From Acidimicrobiales bacterium (lineage in GTDB: Bacteria; Actinomycetota; Acidimicrobiia; Acidimicrobiales; MedAcidi-G1), in contig JAKURX010000002.1 in the NCBI GenBank assembly GCA_022451505.1, positions 1 through 56,899 on the forward strand: a stretch of 56,899 nucleotides of DNA, read 5' to 3'. The notes under the pieces were generated by a model. The model did not search any database and was not told where the DNA came from. It was given only the letters and a program-made list of their open reading frames with translations. Numbering within the stretch: position 1 is the first letter of the stretch; each line of letters starts with the position of its first letter. Shown piece after piece: positions 26,884 through 38,474 of this stretch. The position numbers and the translations under genes are program-made.

Positions 26884-28440
26884 TCAGGAAACCCGGCGTT
26901 CGTGGCCCTCCCAGTAGGGCTCGCGCAGTTCACGCTTGAGGATCTTGCCCGACGGGTTCCGGGGGATGGCCTCGACGAAGTCCACCGTCTTCGGGCACTT
27001 GAAGCCGGCCAAGTGCTCCCGAGCGTGGACCAGGATCTCGTCGGCCGTTACCCCGGAGTCGGCTACCGGGATGACCAGGGCCTTGCCCACCTCTCCCCAC
27101 TTCTCGTCTGGCACGCCAATGACCGCCACGTCGGCGATCCCCTCATGCGACATCAGGGCGTTCTCCACCTCGGCTGGGTACACGTTCTCCCCACCCGAGA
27201 TGATCATGTCCTTCACCCGGTCGTGGATGTAGAGGTAACCGTCCTCCATATAGGCGAGATCCCCGCTCCGGAGCCAACCGTCGCCCGGCAGGGCCTTGGC
27301 CGTCTCCTCGGGCATGTTCCAGTAACCCTTCATGACCCCGCCGTGACGCATCCAGACCTCGCCCACCTCGCCGTCAGCTACTTCCTCACCGGTTTCCGGT
27401 TCGACGATCTTCATCTCCATGCCCCGGATGGGCTTGCCGGCCGACCGCAGCAGCTTCGGGTCGGCGTCGCCCCCGTGGTCCTCGGGCGGCAGCGTGGTCC
27501 CTCCGCCGGTGGTCTCTGTCATCCCGTACACCTGGAAGTAGTTGCATCCGAACTGCTCCATGGATTTCACCAGGACGTCCTCAGTGATGGGCGAGGCTCC
27601 GTAGGCGATGTACTGCATCGATGACAGGTCGACGCCCTCGCTGGGCACCATCAGGAAGAACTGGAGGATGGCGGGTACGAAGATGGCGTGCGTGGTCGCC
27701 TCCGCTTCCACGATCTGCAGTCCAGCCACCGGATCGAACTCCCGCATCATGATCGTGGTGGCCCCGTTAGCCATGCCGAACTGCGCCCAGCCGCTACCAG
27801 CAATGTGGAACAGCGGCATGACACAGAGGTTGCGGGAGTTCTCGTCCATGTCCCAGTCCACCGTGTCGAACAGGGCCTGGAAGTTGGCGTTAGTGATCTG
27901 GGCTCCCTTGGGCAGGCCGGTAGTGCCTGAGGTGTAGAGCTGTGAGCAGACGTCATCGTCAGCCACTGGCAACCTCTCGCAATCCGATCCGTGGGCATCT
28001 CGCCACTCGTCGTACGAGACGTGGTCCCCTGCCGAACCGATGACCACGATCCGCTCGACGTGGGTCAGGTCGGCCTCAAAGGTCGCCAACTGCTCGGCGA
28101 ACTCCTCGTGGATCACCAGGACCTTCGCCTGCGAGTCGTTGACGATGTAAGCCATCTCCGGTGGAGCTAGGCGCCAGTTCACGGCAACGGTCACTGCGTT
28201 CAGGTAGGCCGCGCCGAACGCCAACTCGAAGTACTCGATCGAGTTCTTGTCAATGAAGGCCACCCGGTCCTGAGAGACGACGCCGTCGGCGGCCAGGGCA
28301 TTGGCCGTCTGGCCGGCCCGAGCCTGGATGTCGTTCCACGACAGGCGGTCATCGCCGAGGACGATCATGTCCCGGTCCCCGAGGGCCGCTGCCCCGAGGT
28401 CAATGACGTCGGCAAAATTCTTTACAAGGGAGAGGTCCAT
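26884..28440 (-). CDS. AMP-dependent acyl-CoA synthetase/ligase (FadD-like)
   Basis: 518 aa. AMP-binding motif LYTSGTTGLPKGA, plus ...GYWN..., GDLAY...DGYLYIHDRVKDMI and PRNPSGKILKRELR. Confidence 0.9.
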   Translation of the reverse strand: MDLSLVKNFADVIDLGAAALGDRDMIVLGDDRLSWNDIQARAGQTANALAADGVVSQDRVAFIDKNSIEYFELAFGAAYLNAVTVAVNWRLAPPEMAYIVNDSQAKVLVIHEEFAEQLATFEADLTHVERIVVIGSAGDHVSYDEWRDAHGSDCERLPVADDDVCSQLYTSGTTGLPKGAQITNANFQALFDTVDWDMDENSRNLCVMPLFHIAGSGWAQFGMANGATTIMMREFDPVAGLQIVEAEATTHAIFVPAILQFFLMVPSEGVDLSSMQYIAYGASPITEDVLVKSMEQFGCNYFQVYGMTETTGGGTTLPPEDHGGDADPKLLRSAGKPIRGMEMKIVEPETGEEVADGEVGEVWMRHGGVMKGYWNMPEETAKALPGDGWLRSGDLAYMEDGYLYIHDRVKDMIISGGENVYPAEVENALMSHEGIADVAVIGVPDEKWGEVGKALVIPVADSGVTADEILVHAREHLAGFKCPKTVDFVEAIPRNPSGKILKRELREPYWEGHERRVS

Positions 28441-28528
28441 GGCAACGAAATCTATCCCGGACCCCGGGCGGTGGTCACCCCCTGTTGGTCGGAACCCAGG
28501 TTGTTCAGTAGCCGAGGGACGCCGTGGC

Positions 28529-28831
28529 TTAGAGCAGCTTGGTGACCGAAGCGACCTCGTAGCGGTCTATCGACACGCCGGAGACACCGCAGTCCCCGAG
28601 TGACTTCTGGAAGGTCCGACTGTGGGGAGCAGCCATGTGGGCTCCGAGATGCTCTTCGTTTTCCCACCGCTCGAAGAGCCTCAACAGGCCTGGGATGAGC
28701 GGATCGGCAGCCATCACGTAGTCGAGGCACCCCTCCTCGGCCCGAGTGGCCTCCATCAGCGTGGTCGCCGATGCCAGCATCTGTTCTGCCTTGTCGGGGT
28801 CGAACGTGATGGTGCCGGCAATGACGATCAT
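28529..28831 (-). CDS. ABM-domain (antibiotic biosynthesis monooxygenase-like) protein
   Basis: 100 aa. MIVIAGTITFDP...GCLDYVMAADP...LRLFERWENEEHLGAHMAAPH is the typical ABM ferredoxin-like fold pattern. Confidence 0.7.
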   Translation of the reverse strand: MIVIAGTITFDPDKAEQMLASATTLMEATRAEEGCLDYVMAADPLIPGLLRLFERWENEEHLGAHMAAPHSRTFQKSLGDCGVSGVSIDRYEVASVTKLL

Positions 28832-28920
28832 GGAGACCTCCGTAGGTCCGTGGTGTCGGCAGGGAGCGTACTGTCGGCCTCTCCGACCGACGGAAGCGGA
28901 GACAACGTGGAGCCAAAGAT

Positions 28921-29553
28921 ATGGGCGAGCACCTGACCACCGGCCTCGACGGCGTCGTCCGGTGCTGGTGGCCCGGAGACCGGGCCGACTACCTCGCCTA
29001 CCACGACCAGGAGTGGGGTCTACCGGTGGTCGACGATGTCCGCTTGTTCGAAAAGGCCTGCCTAGAGGGATTTCAGGCCGGCCTGTCGTGGTTGACCATT
29101 CTGCGCAAGAGGGAGAACTTCCGGGCTGCTTTCGCCGGCTTCGACCCGACCCTTGTAGCCCAGTTCAACGATCGGGACGTGGAGCGATGCCTGGCCGACG
29201 CTGGAATCGTGCGTCACCGGGGCAAGGTCGAGTCCACTATCAACAACGCCGCCCGGGCCCTGGAGGTGATCACCGAGTTCGGCTCGCTGGCCGCCTACCT
29301 GTGGGGCTTCGAACCCGACGGGTCGACCCGGACCAACGAGGGTCACATCCCGACCACCACGCCCGCCGCGACCACCCTTAGCCGGGACCTCAAACGGCGG
29401 GGCTGGACGTTCGTCGGACCGACTACCGCGTACGCGTTGATGCAGGCCATGGGCATGGTCAACGACCACCTAGAGGGTTGTGCCCTACACGCCGTGGTCG
29501 AAGGCGAGCGGGCCGACCTAATCCGGCCAGTGGCCGCCGGGAGCCCAAGGTGA
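28921..29553 (+). CDS. tag: DNA-3-methyladenine glycosylase I
   Basis: Motifs RCWW...YLAYHDQEWGLP, LFEKACLEGFQAGLSW, IVRHRGKVESTINNA and MQAMGMVNDHLEGC. The Zn ligands Cys/His/His/Cys sit at positions equivalent to E. coli Tag. Confidence 0.92.
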   Translation: MGEHLTTGLDGVVRCWWPGDRADYLAYHDQEWGLPVVDDVRLFEKACLEGFQAGLSWLTILRKRENFRAAFAGFDPTLVAQFNDRDVERCLADAGIVRHRGKVESTINNAARALEVITEFGSLAAYLWGFEPDGSTRTNEGHIPTTTPAATTLSRDLKRRGWTFVGPTTAYALMQAMGMVNDHLEGCALHAVVEGERADLIRPVAAGSPR

Positions 29554-30545
29554 GCCTCCGCCTCTCGGTGCTCGACCAGTCACCAGTCCCTGAGGGGTCC
29601 AGCCCCGGCGACGCCCTGCGCAACACCCTGGACCTGGCCCGCCGCTGCGAGACCATGGGCTACCACCGCTACTGGGTGGCTGAGCACCACGGCATGACAG
29701 GGTTGGCCGGGTCCAGCCCGGAGGTCCTGATTGGCTCCCTCGCCGGGGCTACCGAGCGGCTCCGGGTGGGCTCCGGCGGTGTGATGCTCACCCACTACGC
29801 CCCGCTGAAGGTGGCCGAGGCGTTCTGCGTACTGGCCTCACTTCACCCGGGCCGCATCGATCTCGGGGTGGGCCGGGCGCCGGGATCCGACCACCTCACG
29901 GCGGCCGCCCTAGCCCGGGGCGGTGCCCGTACGCCGCTGGAGCACTACCCCAACCAGTTGGAGGAGTTGATCCATCTGCTGGACGACACCTTGCCCGCCC
30001 ACAGCCCCATCCAGGGAGTGCGGGCCACCCCCCGACCCGAACGGCCCCCCGAGGTCTGGCTGCTGGCCTCTAGCGCCGACTCGGCCGCCTACGCCGCCCA
30101 CTTTGGGTTACCGCTGGGCTGGGCCGACTTCATCGCCCAGGTCGACGGGGCACCAATCGTGGAGGCCTACCGGCGCCAGTTCCAGCCATCGGACCGCTGT
30201 CCGGAACCACGGGTCCTGCTCTGTGCCAGCGCGCTGTGCGCCGAGACCGACGACGAGGCCGAGGCTCTGGTGGCCGCCGTTCGGGCCTGGCGGGCCTCTG
30301 GCCTCCGGGGTCCCATCCCCGCCGCCCCAGGGGAGTCGACCTCCCGTCCCGTTCCCATTCAACCGGGCCGCCGGTCGGTCGCCCACGGGTCACCCGACCG
30401 GGTGGCCGCCCGGTTGGACCCCATGGTCGAGGCGTTCGGTGCCGAGGAGTTGATGGTGGTCACCATCTGCCACGACCACGAGGCCCGGGTCCGGTCCTAC
30501 GAGTTGCTGGCCACCCGGTTCGGCGTCCATCCCAACGCCGCCTGA
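29550..30545 (+). CDS. LLM-class flavin-dependent oxidoreductase (YhbW/MsnO8-like subgroup)
   Basis: ORF 29478..30545, start reset to GTG 29550 (VSLRLSVLDQSP...), overlapping the tag stop as GTGA. Motifs are GYHRYWVAEHHG, GSGGVMLTHYAPLKVAE and GRIDLGVGRAPGSD. Confidence 0.8.
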   Translation: MSLRLSVLDQSPVPEGSSPGDALRNTLDLARRCETMGYHRYWVAEHHGMTGLAGSSPEVLIGSLAGATERLRVGSGGVMLTHYAPLKVAEAFCVLASLHPGRIDLGVGRAPGSDHLTAAALARGGARTPLEHYPNQLEELIHLLDDTLPAHSPIQGVRATPRPERPPEVWLLASSADSAAYAAHFGLPLGWADFIAQVDGAPIVEAYRRQFQPSDRCPEPRVLLCASALCAETDDEAEALVAAVRAWRASGLRGPIPAAPGESTSRPVPIQPGRRSVAHGSPDRVAARLDPMVEAFGAEELMVVTICHDHEARVRSYELLATRFGVHPNAA

Positions 30546-33139
30546 TGGCCGTGTATGACGCCACCCTGGCCGACCGGATCCCCGCCGGGACCGACCCCGA
30601 CCGGGTGGCCGAGCTGTTTATCGACTGGGCAGCCGAGAGGGGCCTGGATCTCTACGACGCTCAGGAGGAGGCCGTCCTAGAGATTCTGGGCGGCAGTCAC
30701 GTTGTGCTGGCCACCCCCACCGGATCCGGGAAGTCGCTGGTGGCCATAGCGGCCCACGCGGCGGCCCTTGCCCGCGGCGACCGCAGCATCTACACCGCGC
30801 CCATCAAGGCGCTGGTCAGCGAGAAGTTCTTCGCCCTGGCCCGCGACTTCGGCGCGACCAACGTGGGCATGGTCACAGGCGACGCCTCGGTCAACGCCGA
30901 TGCGCCAATCGTCTGCGCAACCGCCGAGATCCTCGCTCACCAGGCCCTGCGCGAGGGTGCGGCCTGTCCGTTTGGCCTGGTGGTGGCCGACGAGTTTCAC
31001 TTCTACGCCGACCCCCAACGGGGCTGGGCCTGGCAGGTCCCCCTGCTGGAACTGCCGCAGGCCCAGTTCCTGCTCATGTCAGCCACCCTCGGTCCAACGG
31101 CCCGGTTCACCGAGGACCTGATCCGCCGGACCGGCCGACCGGCGGTCACCGTGGCCGGCACAGTCCGGCCGGTGCCTCTCACCTTCCAGTATCAGGAGAC
31201 CCCCCTCCACGAGTCCATCACCGAGCTGGTCGAGACCGACCGGGCGCCGGTCTACATCGTCCACTTCACCCAGAAGGCGGCCGCTGAGAAGGCCCAGGAC
31301 CTATGCAGCCTCGACGTGCTCTCCAAGGAGCAGAAGGTGGCCGTTCGCGAGGGGGTGGGCGGGTTCCGGTTCGACACACCGATCGGCAAGGACCTGAAGC
31401 GGTTCATCGGCCACGGGATCGGCCTGCACCACGCCGGGATGCTCCCCCGCTACCGACTCCTGGTCGAGAAGCTGGCCCAGGCCGGCCTCCTAAAGCTGAT
31501 CTGCGGCACCGACACCCTCGGGGTGGGGGTGAACGTCCCCATCCGGACCGTGCTGTTCACGCAGCTCTGTAAGTACGACGGGGTGTCGACCCGGCTGCTC
31601 GGCAACCGGGAATTCGCCCAGATCGCCGGGCGGGCCGGGCGACGGGGCTTCGACGACGAGGGCCACGTGTGGGTCCAGGCACCGGTGCACTGGATCGAAA
31701 ACCGGCGGGCTGAGGCCAAGACGGTCGCCGACCCCGCCAAGCGGAAGAAGCTGGTGAGGAAGAAGCCTCCGGAACGGGGCTACGCCCACTGGAACGTGGA
31801 GACGTTCGACCGGCTGGTCTCCGGGGCGCCCGAGCCACTCACGTCCTCGTTCGAAGTCTCCCACCAGATGGTGCTCAACGTGCTGTCCCGTCCCGGGGAC
31901 GGCCGCCGGGACCTCAGGCGCCTCCTGCTGGACAACCACGAGCCCCGCGACCGCCAGCGCCGCCACGTCCGTAAGGCCATCGGCGTCTACCGGTCACTGC
32001 GCGACGCTGGGATCGTCGTGGAACTGGACGAGCCGGACGATGAGGGGCGGATGGTCTCGGTCGGCGTCGATCTGCAGGACCGCTTCGCCCTCCATCAACC
32101 GCTGTCCCTGTTCGCCCTCGAGGTCATCCCCGAGTTGGCCGACCGGCCCAACGACCCGGGGATCCCGACCGCTCCGAACCCCGATCCGGACGCCACGACC
32201 CGGGCCCACGCCCTGGACGTCCTTTCGGTGATCGAATCGGTGCTGGAGAACCCCAGCGTGATCCTGGCCGCCCAGGTCGACCGGCTCCGCTCTGAGCTGG
32301 TGGCCCGGCTCAAGATGGAGGGCGTCGAATACGAGGAACGCATGGAGCGCCTGGCCGAGGTGGAGCCGCCCCGACCGCTAAAGGAGTTCCTGTACGGCAC
32401 GTTCGACGTGTTCCGCAGGCATCACCCCTGGGTGGGCGACGAGAACGTGAAGCCCAAGTCGGTGGCCCGAGAGCTGTACGAAACCGGCTTCGACTTCCGC
32501 CAATACATCGAACATCACGGCCTCAAGCGCTCCGAGGGGACTGTGCTGCGGTACCTAGGCGAGGCCTACAAGGCGCTGGTCCAGAATGTGCCCGAGGACT
32601 CCAAGACCGAGGCCCTTTACGACCTGGAGGCCTGGATGGGAGAAACGATCCGCCAGGTGGACTCCAGCCTGCTGGACGAGTGGGAGAAGCTCCGCCACCC
32701 CACCGATGAGACGGTCGGGACGGTCGAGGACCAGGTACCCGACCGACCGGACGTGACCCGCAACGCCCGGGCCTTCCGGGTGATGGTCCGTAACGAGGTC
32801 TTCCGATGGGTCCAGCTGCTGTCTCGTCGCCGCCTCGATGACCACGAGGCGCTGGCTGGGGTGCCCACGGTGGGCGACGTGCGGCGAACGGCCGACGACG
32901 TGACGGAGTCCATCGCCCCGTACTGGGAGGAGCACCCCGAGCTCCCTACCGACAGCCACGCCCGGGGTGGTGCCTTCTTTTCCCTGGATGACAGCGGACC
33001 TGACCGGTGGCCGGTCCGCCAGACTGTCGCCGACCCCGAGGGCCACCACGAGTGGGTGCTTGACGGCGAGGTGGACCTGGCCGCCTCCCGCGAGGAGGGT
33101 CGGGCCGTGGTCCGCCTGGGGGCAATCCACCGCCTGTGA
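30545..33139 (+). CDS. Ski2-like DExH-box helicase with long C-terminal (DUF3516-like) region
   Basis: ORF 30236..33139, start reset to ATG 30545 (MAVYDATLADR), 1-nt overlap with the LLM stop (TGATG). Walker A ATPTGSGKS, DEFH box VVADEFHFY, MSATLG and GLHHAGMLP. The ~450-aa C-terminal extension has no motifs I can name. Confidence 0.85.
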   Translation: MAVYDATLADRIPAGTDPDRVAELFIDWAAERGLDLYDAQEEAVLEILGGSHVVLATPTGSGKSLVAIAAHAAALARGDRSIYTAPIKALVSEKFFALARDFGATNVGMVTGDASVNADAPIVCATAEILAHQALREGAACPFGLVVADEFHFYADPQRGWAWQVPLLELPQAQFLLMSATLGPTARFTEDLIRRTGRPAVTVAGTVRPVPLTFQYQETPLHESITELVETDRAPVYIVHFTQKAAAEKAQDLCSLDVLSKEQKVAVREGVGGFRFDTPIGKDLKRFIGHGIGLHHAGMLPRYRLLVEKLAQAGLLKLICGTDTLGVGVNVPIRTVLFTQLCKYDGVSTRLLGNREFAQIAGRAGRRGFDDEGHVWVQAPVHWIENRRAEAKTVADPAKRKKLVRKKPPERGYAHWNVETFDRLVSGAPEPLTSSFEVSHQMVLNVLSRPGDGRRDLRRLLLDNHEPRDRQRRHVRKAIGVYRSLRDAGIVVELDEPDDEGRMVSVGVDLQDRFALHQPLSLFALEVIPELADRPNDPGIPTAPNPDPDATTRAHALDVLSVIESVLENPSVILAAQVDRLRSELVARLKMEGVEYEERMERLAEVEPPRPLKEFLYGTFDVFRRHHPWVGDENVKPKSVARELYETGFDFRQYIEHHGLKRSEGTVLRYLGEAYKALVQNVPEDSKTEALYDLEAWMGETIRQVDSSLLDEWEKLRHPTDETVGTVEDQVPDRPDVTRNARAFRVMVRNEVFRWVQLLSRRRLDDHEALAGVPTVGDVRRTADDVTESIAPYWEEHPELPTDSHARGGAFFSLDDSGPDRWPVRQTVADPEGHHEWVLDGEVDLAASREEGRAVVRLGAIHRL

Positions 33140-33149
33140 GGCGGCCGTC

Positions 33150-34160
33150 CTAGAAGTCGCGCTCGACCACGAAGCAGGCCAGACCGGCCAGCTCGACGAC
33201 CACGGTTTCGACCAGGTCGACGCCACCCAGGGTGTCCAGGGCGGTGTCCAGGTGCTGCCGGGCCTCGACCACTGTCCGGTCCCGGCCCCCAGCCTCCTCG
33301 ATGAGTGCCGCTACCCGTATCACGTCGGCATCGGAAAGGTCACCGTCGCCGGCGTATACGGCACGCAGCTCGTCAGCCGCCGAGTCGCCGGCGTCCAGCA
33401 CCAGGGCCACCGGCAGTGACTTCTTGCGCTCCCGTAGATCGTTGCCAGCCGCCTTCCCAGTCACCGTCGGATCTCCCCAGATGCCCAGCACGTCATCCAC
33501 GGCCTGGAAGGCCAAACCCATCTCCTGCCCGAAGGCTTCCAGGGCGTTCACCCGGGTGGTGTCGGCCCCGGCCAGCACGGCACCGACCGAGGCGGCGTAT
33601 CCGAGCAGGGCACCGGTCTTGTCGGCCTCCATGGCCAGGCAGGCCGCTAGGTCCACGTCGAGCCGGTCGTCAAAGGCCATGTCGGCAGCCTGTCCGGCGA
33701 TCATGGCCGCCGTGGCGTCAACCAGCCGGGTGGTGGCCACCACCCGCTCGGGGGTCGGGTCGTCCAGCAGGACCTGGAAGGCCAGAGTGTGCAGGGCGTC
33801 GCCGGAAATTACCGCGTCATCCACCCCGAAGGCCGACCAGACGGTGGCCCGGTGACGTCGTTCGGTGTCGCCGTCGATGATGTCGTCGTGGACCAGCGAG
33901 AAGTTGTGGACCAGCTCCACGGCCACTGCCCCGGGAACCCCGACCTCGGCTGGAGCGCCCACGGCCTCGGCCGATAGGAGGGCCAGCGTCGGTCGGAGGC
34001 CCTTACCCGCCCCGACACCAGCCGGCGAGCCGTTGTGCTCATCCCACCCGAAGTGGTAACCGGCCGGGAGTCGGAGGTCTGCGCACAGCCGGTCCACCGC
34101 AGCCTCCAGGGCCGGCTCGACCAGGAGACGGGCCCGTTCCAGGCAGTCGGGGGCGGCCAT
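33150..34160 (-). CDS. Polyprenyl diphosphate synthase (GGPP/FPP synthase family)
   Basis: First Asp-rich motif LVHDDIIDGD and second FQAVDDVLG. 336 aa. ATG 34160 overlaps the upstream stop by 1 nt. Confidence 0.9.
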   Translation of the reverse strand: MAAPDCLERARLLVEPALEAAVDRLCADLRLPAGYHFGWDEHNGSPAGVGAGKGLRPTLALLSAEAVGAPAEVGVPGAVAVELVHNFSLVHDDIIDGDTERRHRATVWSAFGVDDAVISGDALHTLAFQVLLDDPTPERVVATTRLVDATAAMIAGQAADMAFDDRLDVDLAACLAMEADKTGALLGYAASVGAVLAGADTTRVNALEAFGQEMGLAFQAVDDVLGIWGDPTVTGKAAGNDLRERKKSLPVALVLDAGDSAADELRAVYAGDGDLSDADVIRVAALIEEAGGRDRTVVEARQHLDTALDTLGGVDLVETVVVELAGLACFVVERDF

Positions 34161-34924
34161 CAGCCGCGCCGGTCGGGGAGGAACCGGTAGGCGTCGCGTA
34201 CCTCGGTGACCCGTTCCGGGTCCACGTCGGCCACCACGACGCTCTCGGCGTGGTCGACCCCCTCAGCCAGCACTTCGCCCATCGGGTCCACAATCACCGT
34301 GTCGCCTGAGTAGGTCAGCCCGTCGGCCACCCCGACCCGGTTAACGCCTACCACGTAGGCCTGGTTCTCGATGGCCCGGGCCAGCAGCAGGGTCCGCCAA
34401 TGGTGGCGCCGGGACTCCGGCCAGTTGGCTACCACCAGGTAGACGTCGGTGTCGGCGGCCCGGTCCCAGAAGGCATTGGCGAACCGCAGGTCGTAGCAGA
34501 CGAAGAGCGAGACCCGTAGCCCGTCCACCTCCACGGTGGCCGGGTGGTGACCAGGCCGGTAGTGCTTGTGCTCGTCGGCGAACGTGAACGGGTGCAGTTT
34601 GTCGTAGTGGTGTCGGGTGCCGTCCGGCCCAACCAGCAGGAAGCGGTTCACCGGGTGGGCATCGTTGCGGTCCCGGGTCGGGATTGACCCACCGATCCAC
34701 ACGTCTTGCTCGGCGGCCCGGGCTACCAGGAACTGCTCAGTGGGGCCGCCGGGAGGTTCGGCGATCCGGTCGGCGGCCAGCGAGAAGCCGGGACCGAACA
34801 TCTCGGTTAGGACGACCAGCCGGGCCCCGTCGTCCGCCGCGGCGGCGATAAGGGGCTCCAGGCGGTCGCAGGTGGCCGCGGCGTCCTCCCACACGATGTC
34901 GTGCTGGAGTGCGGCGATCCTCAT
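34160..34924 (-). CDS. Carbon-nitrogen hydrolase (nitrilase superfamily; omega-amidase YafV-like)
   Basis: ORF 34160..35005, start reset to ATG 34924 (MRIAALQHDIVWED). Contains the catalytic Glu context VLTEMF, the KLH stretch and the VCYDLRF Cys motif. Confidence 0.82.
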   Translation of the reverse strand: MRIAALQHDIVWEDAAATCDRLEPLIAAAADDGARLVVLTEMFGPGFSLAADRIAEPPGGPTEQFLVARAAEQDVWIGGSIPTRDRNDAHPVNRFLLVGPDGTRHHYDKLHPFTFADEHKHYRPGHHPATVEVDGLRVSLFVCYDLRFANAFWDRAADTDVYLVVANWPESRRHHWRTLLLARAIENQAYVVGVNRVGVADGLTYSGDTVIVDPMGEVLAEGVDHAESVVVADVDPERVTEVRDAYRFLPDRRG

Positions 34925-34928
34925 GGCC

Positions 34929-36095
34929 TCAGGCTGCCAGACCGGACAGCCGGTCCATGGCCTCGTCGAGGACCTCGATCCGCTTGCAGTAGGCGAAGCG
35001 CACAATGGACCGGCCTGCCTGCTGGTCGTCGTAGAAGACCCGGTTGGGAATGGCCACCACGCCGCACCGGCCCGGGAGGTCCCGGCAGAAGTCCATGCCG
35101 TCGTCGTAGCCGAGGGGCCGGACGTCGGCCGTCAGGTAGTAGGTGCCCGGGGCGGGATAGACGTCCAGGCCGGCGGCGGCCAGGCCGGCCGACACCCGGT
35201 CCCGCTTGGCCCAGAGGTCGGCGGCTAGGCCGGTGAAGTAGTCGTCGCCCAGGTTCAGGGCGGTGACCATGGCCCGCTGGAAGGGCGCCCCGCTGGTGAA
35301 CGTTAGGTGCTGCTTGATGGTGTGGACGGCCTGGATCAGGTCCGACTTTGCGTGGGCCCAGCCCACCTTCCAACCCGTGGTCCCGAAAGATTTCCCCCCC
35401 GACGAGATGGTGACCGTGCGGTCGGCCATACCGGGCAACGTGGCCAGCGGGACGTGGCGTATCCCGTCGTAGGTCATGTGCTCGTAGACCTCGTCGGTGA
35501 CCACCAACAGGTCGTGCTGGAGGGCGACCCGGGCGATGGCGGCCAGCTCGTCGGAGCTGAACACCTTGCCCGTCGGGTTGTGGGGGGTGTTGAGCAGGAT
35601 CAGCCGGGTGTCGGGTCCGATGGCTGCCTCTAGGTCGGCCTCGTCGAACGAGTAATCAGGGGCCCGGAGCGTGACCGACCGACGTACCCCGCCGGCCAGC
35701 TCGATAATCGCCGCGTATAGGTCGAAGTAGGGCTCGAAGACCACGACCTCCTGGCCGGGCTCCACGAGAGCCAGGATCGAAGCGCCTAGGGCCTCTGAGG
35801 CCCCAGTGGACACCATGACGTCGGCCGGGTCCACGTCCAGGCCGTAGAACCGTCGCTGGTGGTCGGCCACGGCCTGCCTAAGTTCCGGGATACCACGGTC
35901 CGGGGGGTACTGGTTGTGGCCGGCTCGGATTGCGGCCACCGCGGCGTCGAGCACCTCGGAAGGGCCGTCGGTGTCGGGAAAACCCTGGCCCAGGTTGATA
36001 GCCCCCGTCTCGAGGGCCAGCATCGACATCTCGGCGAAGATCGACAGGCGGTGGCCCTGCATCCGCTCGACCAGGTGCGGGTTCGGGTCGTTCAT
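34929..36095 (-). CDS. Class I/II PLP aminotransferase (YbdL / glutamine-transaminase-K-like)
   Basis: C-terminal 388 codons of ORF 34929..36662, start reset to ATG 36095 (MNDPNPHLVERMQG). Motifs are INLGQGFPD, NQYPP, NTPHNPTGKVF and SGGKSFGTTGWKVGW (PLP Lys). Confidence 0.85.
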   Translation of the reverse strand: MNDPNPHLVERMQGHRLSIFAEMSMLALETGAINLGQGFPDTDGPSEVLDAAVAAIRAGHNQYPPDRGIPELRQAVADHQRRFYGLDVDPADVMVSTGASEALGASILALVEPGQEVVVFEPYFDLYAAIIELAGGVRRSVTLRAPDYSFDEADLEAAIGPDTRLILLNTPHNPTGKVFSSDELAAIARVALQHDLLVVTDEVYEHMTYDGIRHVPLATLPGMADRTVTISSGGKSFGTTGWKVGWAHAKSDLIQAVHTIKQHLTFTSGAPFQRAMVTALNLGDDYFTGLAADLWAKRDRVSAGLAAAGLDVYPAPGTYYLTADVRPLGYDDGMDFCRDLPGRCGVVAIPNRVFYDDQQAGRSIVRFAYCKRIEVLDEAMDRLSGLAA

Positions 36096-36139
36096 GGCAG
36101 CCGACGCTACCGGTGGTCGGGGACGGCCCGGGTCGGCGC

Positions 36140-38425
<2,286 letters not shown>

Positions 38426-38474
38426 GGTCGCTCTCGTTCCTTCTGCTCAGCTTCCGACCGGTGGACGCCCGTGC

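Noticed and set aside
26362-27624. Long 'ORFs' in the track that lie antisense to, or out of frame with, well-supported genes. Examples: 26362-27624, 3539-4390, 5139-6206, 41336-42436, 52946-53974, 50875-51741, 1004-1831.
   Set aside because: Their translations are Arg/Pro/Gly/Ala-rich low-complexity strings with no recognisable motifs. Each fully overlaps a gene with strong family signatures. Long stop-free antisense frames are expected in high-GC DNA.
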